NCBI RefSeq assembly: GCF_030161395.1
Contig: NZ_BSST01000001.1
Span: 564,109-628,108 of the forward strand
Direction of reading: 5' to 3'
DNA: 64,000 nt
DNA from: Thalassotalea insulae
Lineage (GTDB): Bacteria; Pseudomonadota; Gammaproteobacteria; Enterobacterales; Alteromonadaceae
The translations under genes were made by a program, and so were the position numbers. The notes beneath the pieces were generated by a model. The model searched no databases. It saw only the letters and a list, made by a program, of their open reading frames with translations, and was not told where the DNA came from. This document shows, piece by piece, positions 39,927 to 52,240 of the stretch; positions within the stretch are counted from its first letter, which is position 1; every line of letters begins with the position of its first letter.

Positions 39927-40967
39927 TTAACGTTTCAAGCTCGCAGAAAACTCGAGCATACGATTTGTTGAGCGTAGTGCCCCTTCTCGTAGATTCATAT
40001 CAACAAATACTTCTTTGCCACTAGGGTCAATAAGCGCCTGTTCAATCGCCTGTAAGCCATTCATTGCCATCCACGGGCAATGTGCACAGCTTCTGCAAGT
40101 GGCGCCTTCTCCTGCGGTTGGCGCTTCAAAGAACTCTTTTTCCGGGCATAGTTGCTGCATTTTATAAAAAATACCGCGATCGGTAGCCACAATAAATTTT
40201 TGATTGGGTAATTCTTGCGCCGCTTTTATTAACTGGCTAGTAGAACCGACAGCGTCAGCTAATTCAATTACTTCTGCTGGTGACTCAGGATGCACTAATA
40301 CTGCTGCGTCTGGATGCAAGGCCTTCATATCTATCAGCGCTTTGGTTTTAAATTCATCATGAACGATGCAGGCGCCCTGCCACATGATCATATCGGCACC
40401 GGTTTGCTTTTGAATATAGCTTCCTAAATGACGATCTGGCCCCCAGATGATCTTTTCACCCTGCTCATCCAAATGTTCGACAATTTCTAATGCACAAGAT
40501 GAAGTCACTATCCAATCGGCACGCGCTTTAACCGCTGTAGAGGTATTGGCATAAACCACGACAGTTCGTTCTGGATGCTGATCACAAAACTCACTAAATT
40601 CTTTAATTGGACAACCTAAATCTAACGAACAGGTTGCTTCTAACGTTGGCATTACCACTGTTTTCTCTGGTGTTAAGACTTTAGCGGTTTCCCCCATAAA
40701 TTTAACACCCGCGATAATTAATGTTTGTGCCGGATGCTGATTACCAAAGCGCGCCATTTCCAAGGAATCGGCTACACAGCCACCGGTTTCTTCTGCTAAT
40801 GCCTGAATTTCAGGATCGGTGTAATAATGTGCAATAAGCACAGCATTTTTTTCAACTAATAACGCTTTGATCCGTTCTTTATACTGCGCCTTTTCTGCAG
40901 CAGTCAATTTTGCAGGTTTGGCTGGAAAGGTAAAATCAAAATCTACCGCTAAATTACTTTGCGCCAT
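39927..40967 (-). CDS. nadA: quinolinate synthase A
   Basis: 346 aa, conserved NadA sequence and three-domain Fe-S cluster cysteines; conserved position next to the tRNA-Lys cluster and the tol-pal operon. Confidence 0.9.
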   Translation of the reverse strand: MAQSNLAVDFDFTFPAKPAKLTAAEKAQYKERIKALLVEKNAVLIAHYYTDPEIQALAEETGGCVADSLEMARFGNQHPAQTLIIAGVKFMGETAKVLTPEKTVVMPTLEATCSLDLGCPIKEFSEFCDQHPERTVVVYANTSTAVKARADWIVTSSCALEIVEHLDEQGEKIIWGPDRHLGSYIQKQTGADMIMWQGACIVHDEFKTKALIDMKALHPDAAVLVHPESPAEVIELADAVGSTSQLIKAAQELPNQKFIVATDRGIFYKMQQLCPEKEFFEAPTAGEGATCRSCAHCPWMAMNGLQAIEQALIDPSGKEVFVDMNLREGALRSTNRMLEFSASLKR

Positions 40968-41228
40968 TATTCATCTCTAACTAGCATTAAAAAATCGGCA
41001 GGAATTATACGTTAAACCATCAGAAATGTGTACTTTAGCGTCATCAATCTGTCATGCGATTATGTTAGAAAATACAGATTCATAGCCATAACTTGATAAG
41101 CGATTAAAAAGCTTAGTTTTTATAGAAGTAACTGCTGATAGATGTACTGTTTAAGAGAGTGCGATAGTGAGGAGTTTATTAAATAAAATCTTTCAAATGA
41201 ATAAAAAGCAAATGATTTCTAAGAAAGG

Positions 41229-41304
41229 TGGTCGGTCGTGAAGGATTTGAACCTTCGACAAATTGGTTAAAAGCCAACTGCTCTACCAACTGAGCTAACG
41301 ACCG
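41229..41304 (-). tRNA. tRNA-Lys (anticodon UUU), copy 1
   Basis: Reverse complement CGGTCGTTAGCTCAGTTGGTAGAGCAGTTGGCTTTTAACCAATTTGTCGAAGGTTCAAATCCTTCACGACCGACCA; cloverleaf, anticodon loop CTTTTAA. Confidence 0.85.
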
Positions 41305-41385
41305 ATAGAAAGAATTACGATAAATTTAATATTAGCACAAGAGCTGTGTCTAACTGCACCGACAATCCCAAACGGGGAAATAAGG

Positions 41386-41461
41386 TGGTCGGTCGTGAAG
41401 GATTTGAACCTTCGACAAATTGGTTAAAAGCCAACTGCTCTACCAACTGAGCTAACGACCG
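41386..41461 (-). tRNA. tRNA-Lys (anticodon UUU), copy 2
   Basis: Identical 76-nt sequence to copy 1. Confidence 0.85.
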
Positions 41462-41516
41462 ATTAAATTTATTAACAAATGAGACTCAGCTCCACTTCCA
41501 ATACTCAGAGAGAAAG

Positions 41517-41592
41517 TGGTCGGTCGTGAAGGATTTGAACCTTCGACAAATTGGTTAAAAGCCAACTGCTCTACCAACTGAGCTAACGACCG
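41517..41592 (-). tRNA. tRNA-Lys (anticodon UUU), copy 3
   Basis: Identical 76-nt sequence to copy 1. Confidence 0.85.
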
Positions 41593-41727
41593 ACATTTAG
41601 TGCGAAGACCGTCTCGGTCAACGCGCCGCATATGATACTGATAATTTTGCCCGTTGCAACAACAAAATTAAGTTTTTTACTGATATTTGACTAAATGCTC
41701 AAAAAGGCAACATTATGGGCAAGTTAT

Positions 41728-42513
41728 CTACAGCAAACTGGCTAATCTTGGCTCAGCTAACTTAGCTGCGCTGGAGTTGGGATACTCCTTTATTACCTGT
41801 TGATACAAGCTACGAGCTTTTGCACTGTTGCCTTGCTTCTGCTCAACGAGGGCAAGTTTAAACATGGCATCGCTACGCTTAGTTGACTGAGAGTAATTAG
41901 CAACTACCCGTTCAAATTCAGCTTTCGCCTGCGTTAATTCATTTTTATTAAACAATAATTGCCCTAACCAATAATGAGCATTCGCCGCATAAGTGGAATT
42001 AGGATAATTTTGATTAAAAGTCCGAAAAGCAGGAATCGCTTGATCGTAACGTTTTTCTTTTAAGACCAGATTAACCGCACGATCATAAGCTTCATTCTCA
42101 GTTAAATTACTGCTGTAACTACTAGTACTCGCGGTTGTAGCTGGCGCTTCTATTGATGTAGGCACATTATTAGCAGGTTTTAACGCCTGAGAGACTCTTC
42201 GATCAAGTTCTTGATACAACTCTCGTTGACGTTCAAGAATCTGGCTTAATTGATGGGTATGGAGCTCAGTTACGCCACGTAATTCATCGACTTCATTTTG
42301 CAATTCATCAAGTTGACGTTGAACTTTAACCTGAGCACGATTTCTCGCCTCAACTTGCCGTTCTAAATTCTCTACTCGTTGTTGCAATGAAAAAGACTTA
42401 TTACCACCACTACTGCTTTGAGAAATATCAATGACAGGAGCAGGCTCAGCTGCTAATACACCAGGTGCAATAGCAGCAAGCGTTAAGCTCAATAAAACTT
42501 TATTCAGTTTCAT
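41728..42513 (-). CDS. cpoB: cell division coordinator CpoB (YbgF), Tol-Pal associated TPR protein
   Basis: 261 aa; signal peptide, coiled-coil N-domain, C-terminal TPR repeats; last gene of tol-pal operon. Confidence 0.8.
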   Translation of the reverse strand: MKLNKVLLSLTLAAIAPGVLAAEPAPVIDISQSSSGGNKSFSLQQRVENLERQVEARNRAQVKVQRQLDELQNEVDELRGVTELHTHQLSQILERQRELYQELDRRVSQALKPANNVPTSIEAPATTASTSSYSSNLTENEAYDRAVNLVLKEKRYDQAIPAFRTFNQNYPNSTYAANAHYWLGQLLFNKNELTQAKAEFERVVANYSQSTKRSDAMFKLALVEQKQGNSAKARSLYQQVIKEYPNSSAAKLAEPRLASLL

Positions 42514-42525
42514 TAAATTACCTGA

Positions 42526-43074
42526 TTAGTAGACCAAAACAGCGCGACGGTTTTTCGCAAAGGCACTCTCTGTACGGTCATTAACCATAGGCTTTTCTTC
42601 ACCATAGCTCACAACTGATAATTGTGAAGCTGATACGCCCATGTTCTCTAAGTATGTCATTACCGCTTTAGCACGACGCTCACCTAACGCTATGTTATAT
42701 TCAGGTGTACCACGCTCATCGGCATGCCCTTCAATTAATACGCTAACACTTGAGTTTTCATTTAAGAATTTAGCGTGTGCATCTAAAATTGCAGAGAACT
42801 CAGCATCAACCGTTGATTTATCAAAGTCAAAATAAACAATGTGCTCGGCACGTAAACGTTCCATTTCCTGACGTTGCTGTTCTTTGATTTCTTCTTCTCT
42901 TTGCATTGCATTAGCACGGATTCTTTCTTGTTCTGCTGCTTGTGCCGCTGCTTGAGTCTGAGCATTCGTATCAACCTGACTTTGCTCTTCAACTTCAGAA
43001 TTCGAGCTACACGCAGCCAATGCCATCATAGGTAATGCAACAGCAAGAGCTTTAACAGTTTTATTCAAGCGCAT
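42526..43074 (-). CDS. pal: peptidoglycan-associated lipoprotein Pal
   Basis: Lipobox …LAACSS; OmpA-like C-domain (…YFDFDKS…, …[20 protein letters not shown]…). The ORF track extends to 43137, so I chose the ATG at 43074 (MRLNKT…). Confidence 0.85.
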   Translation of the reverse strand: MRLNKTVKALAVALPMMALAACSSNSEVEEQSQVDTNAQTQAAAQAAEQERIRANAMQREEEIKEQQRQEMERLRAEHIVYFDFDKSTVDAEFSAILDAHAKFLNENSSVSVLIEGHADERGTPEYNIALGERRAKAVMTYLENMGVSASQLSVVSYGEEKPMVNDRTESAFAKNRRAVLVY

Positions 43075-43118
43075 TTTGATTTTCCTTATTGTTTCAATAT
43101 TATTAATTTTTAATCTTA

Positions 43119-44465
43119 TTATAAAAATGGCGACCAAGCAGGAGATTTAACCTGACCGTTAAGTGCAGGTAACCTTGCCTTAAATCGACCATCCACTGAC
43201 ACTAAACTCAACACCTGACGGCGATTATGTAGTGTACTGTAAATTATCATGCCACCATTAGGTGCAATACTTGGCGACTCATCTAAACGAGTTTTTGTTA
43301 ACACCTGAAAAATTCCAGAGCTTAACTCTTGCTTCGCTAAATGATACTTACCACGTGTTCTATTAACCATTACCAGTTCCCGGCCGTCCGGTGTAATTGA
43401 ACCACCTAAGTTCATTTCACCATCAAACGTCAGGCGTCTAACTCGACCATCCATTAAATTTACGCGATATAGCTGAGGTTTTCCACCCCGTTCTGAACTA
43501 AATATCAGTGATTTACCATCAGGTAACCAACTTGGCTCAGTATCGATAGCACGATGTCTGGTAATACGACGCAATTTTTTCGTATTGATATTCATCACAT
43601 AAAGCTCAGGGTTACCATCTTTTGAGAGGACCATCGCCAAGCTCTTACCGTCAGGAGACCAGCGTGGCGCACTATTTATTCCATTATATGAACTGATTAA
43701 TTTACGCTTACCGGTATAAATATCAATCACATAAATTTGTGCCTGACGATTTTCAAAAGTGACATAAGCTAACTTATTACCGTCCGGTGACCAGTCAGGT
43801 GACATTAATGGCTCTTTTGAGCTAAGTAACACATGTTCGTTATAGCCGTCATAATCAGCAATCACTAATTGATAAGGGTACTCCCCTTGATCACGTACAA
43901 TAACATAAGCAATTTTGGTTAAAAATGCACCGCGGCTGCCAGTTAGTTTTTCATACACTTCGTCACTAATGCGATGAGCATAGCGACGAAACTGACTACT
44001 AGTAATATCAACGGTACTTTCATCCAGAATATGATCTGAAGTTTGCACCAGCTCGCCATTACTTAACATTTGCGTCTGGCCACCGGTAATTTGTCCGCGG
44101 ATAACATCAACTAACTGATAGCTCACTTGATAATGACCAATAGAAGTTTCGCGAACCTGACCAACGACGATATTTTCAACCCCTTCAGCTGCCCAGGCGG
44201 CATAATCAATTTCACTGTCTTTCGACGGCATTTGCGGAAAACGCAGTTCGTTAATCGGGCTAAATTTACCACTGCGCAGTAAATCATCACTCACGACTTT
44301 AGCGATATCTTCCGCTAACGGATCATTTCCTTCCCATTTAAACGGCAAAATAGCTATTGGGCGGGCGCCATCAATACCTTCAGTGATCACTATTTCTAAG
44401 GTGGCGTTAACTTGACTGGTGAAAATAAATAAACAAGTTAGTAAAATTGCTTTGATTTTTATCAT
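43119..44465 (-). CDS. tolB: Tol-Pal system beta-propeller protein TolB
   Basis: 448 aa; signal peptide, N-domain plus WD40-like beta-propeller repeats. Confidence 0.9.
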   Translation of the reverse strand: MIKIKAILLTCLFIFTSQVNATLEIVITEGIDGARPIAILPFKWEGNDPLAEDIAKVVSDDLLRSGKFSPINELRFPQMPSKDSEIDYAAWAAEGVENIVVGQVRETSIGHYQVSYQLVDVIRGQITGGQTQMLSNGELVQTSDHILDESTVDITSSQFRRYAHRISDEVYEKLTGSRGAFLTKIAYVIVRDQGEYPYQLVIADYDGYNEHVLLSSKEPLMSPDWSPDGNKLAYVTFENRQAQIYVIDIYTGKRKLISSYNGINSAPRWSPDGKSLAMVLSKDGNPELYVMNINTKKLRRITRHRAIDTEPSWLPDGKSLIFSSERGGKPQLYRVNLMDGRVRRLTFDGEMNLGGSITPDGRELVMVNRTRGKYHLAKQELSSGIFQVLTKTRLDESPSIAPNGGMIIYSTLHNRRQVLSLVSVDGRFKARLPALNGQVKSPAWSPFL

Positions 44466-44500
44466 ATCTTATAAAAAAACACTTAAATTATTATTAATCG

Positions 44501-45400
44501 TTAAAACTCAGGCACAACAGTTAAACTTATTGTGCGCATTTTTTCAAACACTTCCGGATCTTTTGAGACAGGCAACGTGCCAGCTTTGTTAACTGCGTTA
44601 CGCGCCGCATCACATACCACTCTATCGCCTTTACCTGCTTGTACACTGATAACGAAGCCAGACGGAGCCAACTTAATGGTTAAGTTACACGACTTACCTT
44701 CCATTGTCGCTTTATCCGTTAACAGCTTACTTTGAATCACTCGGGTGATCAGTGCGGTATATTTGCCAATTTCTGACGTGATTTGCTGGTTACGCGCTTG
44801 CTGACGCGACGCCATTTCTTCCGCCAGCTGTTGCTCTAATAAGCGCTGCTGTTCTGCTCGCTCACGCGCTTCACGCTCTTTGCGTTTTTTCTCTGCTGCT
44901 TTCTTTTTACGCAGTTTTTCGGCTTTTTCTGCTGCTTTTTGTTCTTTTAAGCGTTTAGCTTTAGCCTCCGCAGCAGCCTTTTCTGCGGCTTGTTTCTCCC
45001 GCTCTTTTTGTTTTCTTAATTTTTCTGCCGCCACAGCTTTCGCGCGTGCTTTTGCCGCTGCCGCGTCCGCTGCTTTTCGCTCACGTTCTTTTTTCTTACG
45101 CTGTTGTTCAAGTGTTTTTAATCGCTGTTCTTCTTTTGCCCGACGACGTTTAGCCGCTGCCGCTTGTTCTTCAATGGCTTTCAGACGCTTTGCTTCATCA
45201 GCTTTTTGCTTTTTCAGCTTGTTCACTTGATCATCAATTTTTTTCCTGTCGACAACCACAGCTTGAATAGGCTTAACTTGCGTCGCACTTGGTGTAGGTT
45301 TCGGCGGGGCCGCCGAAAAATCACCAAACAACAAGATCAACAATAGTGTGACATGCAATGTCACACTATATGTAAGCGCTTTACTAAACGTTGAACCCAC
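44501..45400 (-). CDS. tolA: Tol-Pal system protein TolA
   Basis: 299 aa; N-terminal TM anchor, long Lys/Ala/Glu-rich helical domain II, small C-terminal domain III. Confidence 0.8.
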   Translation of the reverse strand: MGSTFSKALTYSVTLHVTLLLILLFGDFSAAPPKPTPSATQVKPIQAVVVDRKKIDDQVNKLKKQKADEAKRLKAIEEQAAAAKRRRAKEEQRLKTLEQQRKKKERERKAADAAAAKARAKAVAAEKLRKQKEREKQAAEKAAAEAKAKRLKEQKAAEKAEKLRKKKAAEKKRKEREARERAEQQRLLEQQLAEEMASRQQARNQQITSEIGKYTALITRVIQSKLLTDKATMEGKSCNLTIKLAPSGFVISVQAGKGDRVVCDAARNAVNKAGTLPVSKDPEVFEKMRTISLTVVPEF

Positions 45401-45405
45401 GTGGT

Positions 45406-45831
45406 TTATTTCTCCGGAGAATCGGTCATTAAGCCAACAGAAGGCACGCCGGCATCACGTTGCAATAATACCATCAATTGGATAACCGCGTCATAAGGTA
45501 CAGCGCCATCACCATTGACAACAACTGGCGTATCAGGTTCCACTTTCAAATGTGCCGCCACTAAAGTAGCAAGTTCTTCCGCCGACATTGGTTCATTTTT
45601 ACTCGTACCAACAGCCAGATAATAATTGCCCTCAGCATCAACTGAAGCGACTAATGGTGGCTTACTATCTTTACTTAACGGTTCAGCATCTGCTTTTGGC
45701 AAGTCAACTTTGACCCCTTGGGTGATCAAAGGCGCGGTTACCATAAAGATGATCAGCAGTACTAACATCACATCAATATAAGGCACTACATTAATTTCAG
45801 CGACTTTACGACGTCTGACTCGATTATACAT
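45406..45831 (-). CDS. tolR: Tol-Pal system protein TolR (ExbD family)
   Basis: 141 aa, single TM, ExbD/TolR fold. Confidence 0.85.
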   Translation of the reverse strand: MYNRVRRRKVAEINVVPYIDVMLVLLIIFMVTAPLITQGVKVDLPKADAEPLSKDSKPPLVASVDAEGNYYLAVGTSKNEPMSAEELATLVAAHLKVEPDTPVVVNGDGAVPYDAVIQLMVLLQRDAGVPSVGLMTDSPEK

Positions 45832-45839
45832 AACGCCAC

Positions 45840-46523
45840 CTACCCCTGGTTTTCACCCGCCGTTTGACGATGCAAGATACTGGAAAACTCTTCCATAAAG
45901 TTGCCATAACTATTTTCAAGCTTTTCAACATGATGAGTAAAACGGTTATACGCCATTACCGCTGGAATGGCCGCAAATAACCCCATAGCTGTTGCTATCA
46001 GAGCTTCAGCAATGCCTGGCGCAACCTGTGCTAAAGTTGCCTGTTCTTGTGCGCCTAATGCAATAAAGGAGTTCATGATCCCCCAAACCGTGCCAAATAA
46101 TCCAATGTATGGGCTGATAGAACCGACAGTTGCCATAAAAGGTAAATGAGTTTCTAACTCGTCCACTTCTCGAGACAACGCTACACGCATTGCCCTATGG
46201 GTACCATCAACAACTGCTTGGGGCGAGTAAACATTACTTTTTCTTAAGCGAGCAAACTCTTTAAAACCGGCAACAAATAAACTCTCAATACCAAAAATAT
46301 GTGCCCGGGCTGAAATTTCACTATAAAGCTTACTTAAGTCAGCACCACTCCAAAACTTATCTTCAAAATTCTGTAACTGCTGACGCGCTTCTCGTAGCAC
46401 CTTTCTGCGCTGAAAAATCATAGTCCAGCAAGCAATTGAAAAGCCCAATAAAGTTAACATTACCGCCTTAACTAATAAGCTGGCTTGTAAAAATAAATCA
46501 AAAAACGAAAGTTCAGCTGACAC
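45840..46523 (-). CDS. tolQ: Tol-Pal system protein TolQ (MotA/ExbB family)
   Basis: 227 aa, three TM helices, MotA/TolQ/ExbB signature. Confidence 0.9.
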   Translation of the reverse strand: MSAELSFFDLFLQASLLVKAVMLTLLGFSIACWTMIFQRRKVLREARQQLQNFEDKFWSGADLSKLYSEISARAHIFGIESLFVAGFKEFARLRKSNVYSPQAVVDGTHRAMRVALSREVDELETHLPFMATVGSISPYIGLFGTVWGIMNSFIALGAQEQATLAQVAPGIAEALIATAMGLFAAIPAVMAYNRFTHHVEKLENSYGNFMEEFSSILHRQTAGENQG

Positions 46524-46923
46524 CTTTTAATGCTCCTAATATAGTGTTTGGGATAGCGCATGGCTTAGCACGTTGCAGATCAATATACGCAACAAGTACT
46601 TCAATGTGACACAAAATCATCCCTTGTTGATTGGTAATGTGTTGAGAAAATTTAACACTTGCACGTTTTAATTCACTAATGACAGAAGTCACGGTAAGTA
46701 AATCATCCAGCTTTGCGGCGGCCATATTATCCATTTCAAGCTTTCTGACCACAAAACCACAATTTTGTTCTAAAAAAAATGACTGTTCAATGCCGAGTTC
46801 TCTTAACCATTCAGTACGCGCGCGTTCACAAAAATTTAAATAATTGGCATGATAAACATTACCACCGGCATCGGTGTCTTCATAATAGACACGTAAATGA
46901 TATTCTTGTTTTGGTAGAGACAT
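46513..46923 (-). CDS. ybgC: Tol-Pal-associated acyl-CoA thioesterase YbgC (hotdog fold)
   Basis: 136 aa 4HBT-type thioesterase immediately upstream of tolQ, overlapping it by 11 nt. Confidence 0.8.
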   Translation of the reverse strand: MSLPKQEYHLRVYYEDTDAGGNVYHANYLNFCERARTEWLRELGIEQSFFLEQNCGFVVRKLEMDNMAAAKLDDLLTVTSVISELKRASVKFSQHITNQQGMILCHIEVLVAYIDLQRAKPCAIPNTILGALKGVS

Positions 46924-47435
46924 TACTATAAGTATGGCTTTTTACATCGTTATTTTTGCAAGATATAGTAATAGATTAACCAGGGGTCTCACAAGCCTTA
47001 ATCACGCAGTTTGTCCGTATTTTCACCTGAAATATCAAGAAATAATTATCTCAAAAGTTTATCTGACAACTTATTAACTTACGATTAACATCAATACATT
47101 AGTTTTTCTAATGCGAAAATGGTAATTTTTTTAGTTTGTCAAAAATTAGAGTATTCACTTAAAATACACTTGTTTTCTGAGCTAGCGCACAAATAAAACA
47201 ACTAAACCCCTGATGTTTTATTTTAGCCAGATATTTAAGTGAAGAGATAGTCACTATTTCTTCTCTCTGACATACTTCCTGGAATACAAATTCCTTCTAG
47301 CAACTTGAAATTTAAGTTGGCCCGCTATTTAGCGGGCTTTTTTTTATCTGAAATTTAATATGATTTTGATAAGGGGATAACCATAGCCAGATTCACTACT
47401 TAGGGTTAAAGCAGCTTAAGGTTATAATTAGTTCG

Positions 47436-48437
47436 TTAAGACTTAGTTAAACCAAAATGTTGATAGGCGCGCTCGGTAGCTATTCGGCCACGAGGTGTGC
47501 GTTGTAAAAAACCTTGTTGAATTAAAAATGGTTCAAGCACATCTTCTATCGTCTCACGCTCTTCCCCTATTGCAGCCGCTAAATTATCTAATCCCACTGG
47601 ACCGCCGATAAACTTTTCAATAATTGCTTTAAGCAGCTTTCTGTCCATAATATCAAAGCCTTCCTTATCCACTTCCAGCATATCGAGCGCATCAGCTGCG
47701 GTTTGCTGGCAAACATTACCTTCAGTCTTAACATCGGCATAATCACGCACTCGACGCAATAAACGATTAGCTATTCTAGGGGTTCCCCGTGATCGTTTCG
47801 CTACCTCAAAGGCGCCATCTTCTGAAATAGCTAAATTAAGATAGTGTGCCGAACGACTGACGATATCGGTCAGATCTTTAGTATTGTAAAACTCCAGCCG
47901 CTGTACGATACCAAATCTGTCTCGTAGTGGTGATGTTAACGCCCCTGCTCTGGTGGTCGCCCCGATTAAGGTAAATGGTGGTAAATCTAATTTAATTGAA
48001 CGGGCGGCCGGTCCTTCACCTATCATAATATCTAATTGATAATCTTCCATTGCCGGATACAACACTTCTTCCACCATAGGGCTTAAGCGATGAATCTCAT
48101 CAATAAATAAGACATCATTTTCTTCAAGGTTAGTTAATAACGCGGCTAAGTCTCCAGCTTTTTCTAAAACAGGACCTGAGGTAGTACGAATGTTTACGCC
48201 CATTTCATTGGCAACAATATTTGCTAAGGTGGTCTTACCTAAGCCCGGCGGACCAAAAATTAATAAATGATCGAGCGGTTCCGCCCGTTTTTTTGCCGCC
48301 TCGATAAAAATTTCCATCTGGATTTTAACATGGTCTTGCCCGGTATAATCCGCCAGCATTTTAGGGCGAATAGCGCGATCTACCCCTTCATCTTCAATCA
48401 GTTCTGCAGGTTGGATCAAACGGTCAGCTTCTATCAT
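47436..48437 (-). CDS. ruvB: Holliday junction branch-migration helicase RuvB
   Basis: 333 aa; AAA+ Walker [12 protein letters not shown], Walker B, highly conserved RuvB sequence. Confidence 0.95.
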   Translation of the reverse strand: MIEADRLIQPAELIEDEGVDRAIRPKMLADYTGQDHVKIQMEIFIEAAKKRAEPLDHLLIFGPPGLGKTTLANIVANEMGVNIRTTSGPVLEKAGDLAALLTNLEENDVLFIDEIHRLSPMVEEVLYPAMEDYQLDIMIGEGPAARSIKLDLPPFTLIGATTRAGALTSPLRDRFGIVQRLEFYNTKDLTDIVSRSAHYLNLAISEDGAFEVAKRSRGTPRIANRLLRRVRDYADVKTEGNVCQQTAADALDMLEVDKEGFDIMDRKLLKAIIEKFIGGPVGLDNLAAAIGEERETIEDVLEPFLIQQGFLQRTPRGRIATERAYQHFGLTKS

Positions 48438-48461
48438 TTATTTTCTCAATCTTATACGAAG

Positions 48462-49091
48462 TTATAACATGGCTTTTAAAGCATCGCGGATCAAATCTTC
48501 GCTGTTCATCCCAGCCGTAAACACCGCCTTAATTGCTTTGTCTGCCTGCCCCTGAGTGTAACCAAGCGACACTAAAGCATTGACGGCATCACCTTTAGCA
48601 TTATTGACAAAGCTAGTGCCATTAACAGGGGTAAGTTGAATAGTATCAGTAACAGCGGTCCCTGCATCGCTATGCCAGTCTTTTAGTCGATCACGCATTT
48701 CAATTAATAAGCGCTCTGCGGTTTTCTTACCTACTCCCGGTATTTTCACTATGGTAGACAAGTCATCATGCATCACACAACTGACAAATTGATCCGCTGA
48801 CATTCCGGACAATATCGCCAACGCTAATTTAGGACCAACACCGTTAACCTTGATTAATAACCGAAACAGCTTACGCTCTACTTTATTAGCAAAGCCATAG
48901 AGTAATTGCGCATCTTCACGGACAACAAAGTGAGTATAAACGGTGGCTTGCTGTTCTAACTCGGGCAAGGCATAAATACTGGTCATTGGCATAGTGACTT
49001 CATAACCAATACCTGCACATTCAATTAATATTTCCGGAGGAAGTTTTTCTACTAATGTTCCGCGTAGTCGACCGATCAAAACAAAATCCAA
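48462..49091 (-). CDS. ruvA: Holliday junction DNA-binding protein RuvA
   Basis: 209 aa; OB-fold plus HhH motifs; directly upstream of ruvB. Confidence 0.9.
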   Translation of the reverse strand: MDFVLIGRLRGTLVEKLPPEILIECAGIGYEVTMPMTSIYALPELEQQATVYTHFVVREDAQLLYGFANKVERKLFRLLIKVNGVGPKLALAILSGMSADQFVSCVMHDDLSTIVKIPGVGKKTAERLLIEMRDRLKDWHSDAGTAVTDTIQLTPVNGTSFVNNAKGDAVNALVSLGYTQGQADKAIKAVFTAGMNSEDLIRDALKAML

Positions 49092-49161
49092 GATTATTAT
49101 TACTATGGCGCAACAATAACACTATACATTTATACAGTAAAGTGTAAATTAATCGAGACTG

Positions 49162-49689
49162 CTACCTCAGCCGGCGCCGCACTATTTTAGTTGCCTGACC
49201 TGACATCTTAGCTAATGAGTCGTGGCTATGGGCATGACATAAAGCGACGGCTAATGCGTCAGCAGCATCCGCTTGCGGAGTTGCTGGTAATTTTAAAATA
49301 GATTTTACCATATGCTGAACTTGCGTCTTATCTGCCGCACCGGTGCCAACCACCGACTGCTTGATTTGCCGCGCCGAATATTCGGCAATTGTCAGGTTGT
49401 TACTGGTAGCTGCAACAATTGCCGCTCCGCGCGCCTGGCCAAGTTTAAGCGCGCCACCGGGGTTCACCCCCATAAACACTTGCTCAATAGCAAACATATT
49501 GGGCTGAAACTGTAAAATTAACTCAGAAACTCCGGCAAAGATAATCTGTAAACGTTCACCTAAGTCATCACCTGCGGCAAGCGCTTTAATGCAGCCACTG
49601 CCCAGATAACTGAGCTTTCGCCCTTCCTGCTTGATCACGCCATAACCGGTTAATCGTGATCCAGGGTCAATACCGAGAATAATATTCAA
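49162..49689 (-). CDS. ruvC: crossover junction endodeoxyribonuclease RuvC
   Basis: 175 aa; [18 protein letters not shown]… RNase H-like fold with catalytic acidic residues. Confidence 0.9.
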   Translation of the reverse strand: MNIILGIDPGSRLTGYGVIKQEGRKLSYLGSGCIKALAAGDDLGERLQIIFAGVSELILQFQPNMFAIEQVFMGVNPGGALKLGQARGAAIVAATSNNLTIAEYSARQIKQSVVGTGAADKTQVQHMVKSILKLPATPQADAADALAVALCHAHSHDSLAKMSGQATKIVRRRLR

Positions 49690-49943
49690 CGTGTACTCTA
49701 TGTAATGTTACTGCCATGAAAATATCTTCGCAGCATAAAGATCAGTCTCTAGTTATGCAATAACAAACCTTAATAATTCACCATTAATAACTCTGTCGGT
49801 TAAAGATATTCAGGATGAAATGTCCAAAAACAACAAGTATTAAAAATTATGATTTAAATCAATTTGTCTCGAATCATTATTGCAATTAACAATCATTATC
49901 ATTAAGATCCGCGTTTTTAAATTAATGAATAGATATTACTAAA

Positions 49944-52070
49944 ATGCCGAAAACAAAATTAAGCTTGCTAGCCTTACTCATTGCCCACAATGTTAATGCG
50001 GAAACTGCCACGCCTGACACTCAAACCGAAAACATAGAACGCCTAGTCGTTACTGGCAGTCGCATCGTTGAAAGTATCGACGAAGTACCGGCAACCATTA
50101 CCATTATTAATCGTCAGCAAATTGAAGCTCAATTAAAAATATCCTCTGAATTACAGTCGCTACTCGCCACATTAGTGCCAGGATTAGCGCCCAGCACAGG
50201 TTCATCAAGTAACTCAAGCCAAACCTTAAGGGGTCGTTCACCACTGGTAATGATTGATGGAGTGCCACAATCTACACCGCTTAGAAATGGTGCTTTAGGC
50301 ATCAGAACCTTAGATCCCAACGTAATTGAACGCATTGAAGTCATCAAAGGAGCCACCTCAATTTATGGTAATGGTGCGGCGGGCGGTATTATCAACTACA
50401 TCACCAAGAAGGCCGATGAAAATGACCAGCTCAATGGCAATGTCAGCCTCTCCAGTCGCTTCAGTACGGTAAAATTCGAAGACAGTGCTGGGCACCGCCT
50501 GACTGCGGCAATTAACGGTAGTATTGATAACTTTAGCTATGTGTTAAATGCCACCCATGAAGAAAATGGCGTGCAACGCGATGCCCAAGGTGATGTGCTG
50601 GGGCTGATTTACGGTTTATCTGATGCCAAAATGAAAAACTACTTCAGTAAGTTTACCTATCAGTTTAGTGAAGATAAATCGCTGCAACTGACCTTTAATC
50701 ATTATCGCTCCGAGCAAAAAAGTGACTTAATTGATGTTACCGGCAGTGTCAATTCTGGCACAAAAAGCTATGCAATCACCGCCCCGGCAGGTACAGAAAA
50801 GCCAGGTGTACCACAAGGACCAAATAACGATAACCTGATGCTCAAATATACTGATGAAGCACTGTTTGAACATACCCAGCTGGAGGTCGATGCCTATGCA
50901 CAAAAAATTGAAAATATCTTCTTTTACTCGCCGGTTTTATCTAACCCGAGTGAAGGTTATAACGGCGGTCAGTCACTGATAAAATCCGATAAAAAAGGCT
51001 TAAGATTAACTCTGAACAGCCAGCTGGAGTGGGATAACCTAGAAGCAACCCTGATTTATGGCGTAGACGCATTACAAGATGTTACCTCGCAGCCCTTGGT
51101 CGATGGTCGTAAATGGGTGCCGGAAATGGATATGGAAAATCTGGCCGCCTTTTTACAAACGAAATGGCTGTATAACGATGATTTGATTATTAAAGCCGGC
51201 ATCAGGCGTGAAGAAATAGATCTCGGGGTTGATGACTACAGCACATTAAAATTATGCCGCACCGCAGACACCTGCTCCATTCCCGTTGACGTAACAGGCG
51301 ACACCCTAAATTATCGCGCCACCACTTACAATTTTGGTGTCCGTTATAATCTAATGTCATCATTTCAACCATTTGCCAACTACTCTCAAGGCGCGGACAT
51401 TTCAGATATTGGCCGACTGCTGCGCACCGCAACAGTTACCGATATTGGTTTGATCCACACCCAGGCGTCAATCATAGATAATTATGAACTTGGTTTTATC
51501 TCTGATATTGACAATTTACACCTAGAATTTTCCGCATATCGCAGCACCTCTGAACTTGGTACCACTAATAAGTACGATGAAGCAACCGGTGTCTATTTGC
51601 CGGTAAGAGCCCCTCAGGAAATCTATGGTTATGAAGCGCTAGCACACTATCCTTTCTCCGATGAATTTAATGTAACGGCCAGTTATTCCTGGGTAGAAGG
51701 TAAGAATACGGCAGCTGATGTTTACTTAGGGGCCAAACAAATCAGTGCGCCAAAAGGCAGCATTAATATCAACTGGCAGCCAACAGATCAGGCAAATATT
51801 GCTATCACTTACCTTTATGTCGGTGACCGGAAAAAATTTACCAAGGTCGACGGTAGTTATGTCGGCGATCAAGGGCCGATCAGCAGCTATCATCTGATAA
51901 ACCTGAGTGGAAACTATCATTTCAGTGATGAATGGTCTGCCTATTTTGGCGTAGAAAATTTGTTTAACCAGAATTACTACCCGGCAAAATCACAAGCCTA
52001 TACCTACAACGGATACAACGTCAAAGGGCTGGGCACCACGATGAACTTAGGTGTTAATTACCAGTTCTAG
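49944..52070 (+). CDS. TonB-dependent outer-membrane receptor
   Basis: 708 aa; signal peptide, TonB box (…ERLVVTGSR…), plug domain, 22-strand barrel, C-terminal …NYQF. Confidence 0.85.
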   Translation: MPKTKLSLLALLIAHNVNAETATPDTQTENIERLVVTGSRIVESIDEVPATITIINRQQIEAQLKISSELQSLLATLVPGLAPSTGSSSNSSQTLRGRSPLVMIDGVPQSTPLRNGALGIRTLDPNVIERIEVIKGATSIYGNGAAGGIINYITKKADENDQLNGNVSLSSRFSTVKFEDSAGHRLTAAINGSIDNFSYVLNATHEENGVQRDAQGDVLGLIYGLSDAKMKNYFSKFTYQFSEDKSLQLTFNHYRSEQKSDLIDVTGSVNSGTKSYAITAPAGTEKPGVPQGPNNDNLMLKYTDEALFEHTQLEVDAYAQKIENIFFYSPVLSNPSEGYNGGQSLIKSDKKGLRLTLNSQLEWDNLEATLIYGVDALQDVTSQPLVDGRKWVPEMDMENLAAFLQTKWLYNDDLIIKAGIRREEIDLGVDDYSTLKLCRTADTCSIPVDVTGDTLNYRATTYNFGVRYNLMSSFQPFANYSQGADISDIGRLLRTATVTDIGLIHTQASIIDNYELGFISDIDNLHLEFSAYRSTSELGTTNKYDEATGVYLPVRAPQEIYGYEALAHYPFSDEFNVTASYSWVEGKNTAADVYLGAKQISAPKGSININWQPTDQANIAITYLYVGDRKKFTKVDGSYVGDQGPISSYHLINLSGNYHFSDEWSAYFGVENLFNQNYYPAKSQAYTYNGYNVKGLGTTMNLGVNYQF

Positions 52071-52240
52071 CCCCGCTCCCAGATGAAGTCAACTCGCTAT
52101 TGCCGATTTGACTTCATCACATCGCAAAAAGTTAATTGCTTATGATAAAAACCTGACTTAGACACATCCACTTTTTTGCCATAGCAGTAGGCATATTTAT
52201 ATTAAATTTAAGCATTTCCGGTGCTTCATCATAGTTTCCT

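Noticed and set aside
41229-41592. Three identical 76-bp direct repeats as a MITE or repeat family
   Set aside because: Each copy folds as a canonical tRNA-Lys(UUU), so they are tRNA genes rather than a mobile repeat.
44880-45346. Plus-strand ORFs antisense to tolA
   Set aside because: They are antisense low-complexity artefacts of the Lys/Ala/Glu-rich TolA domain II.
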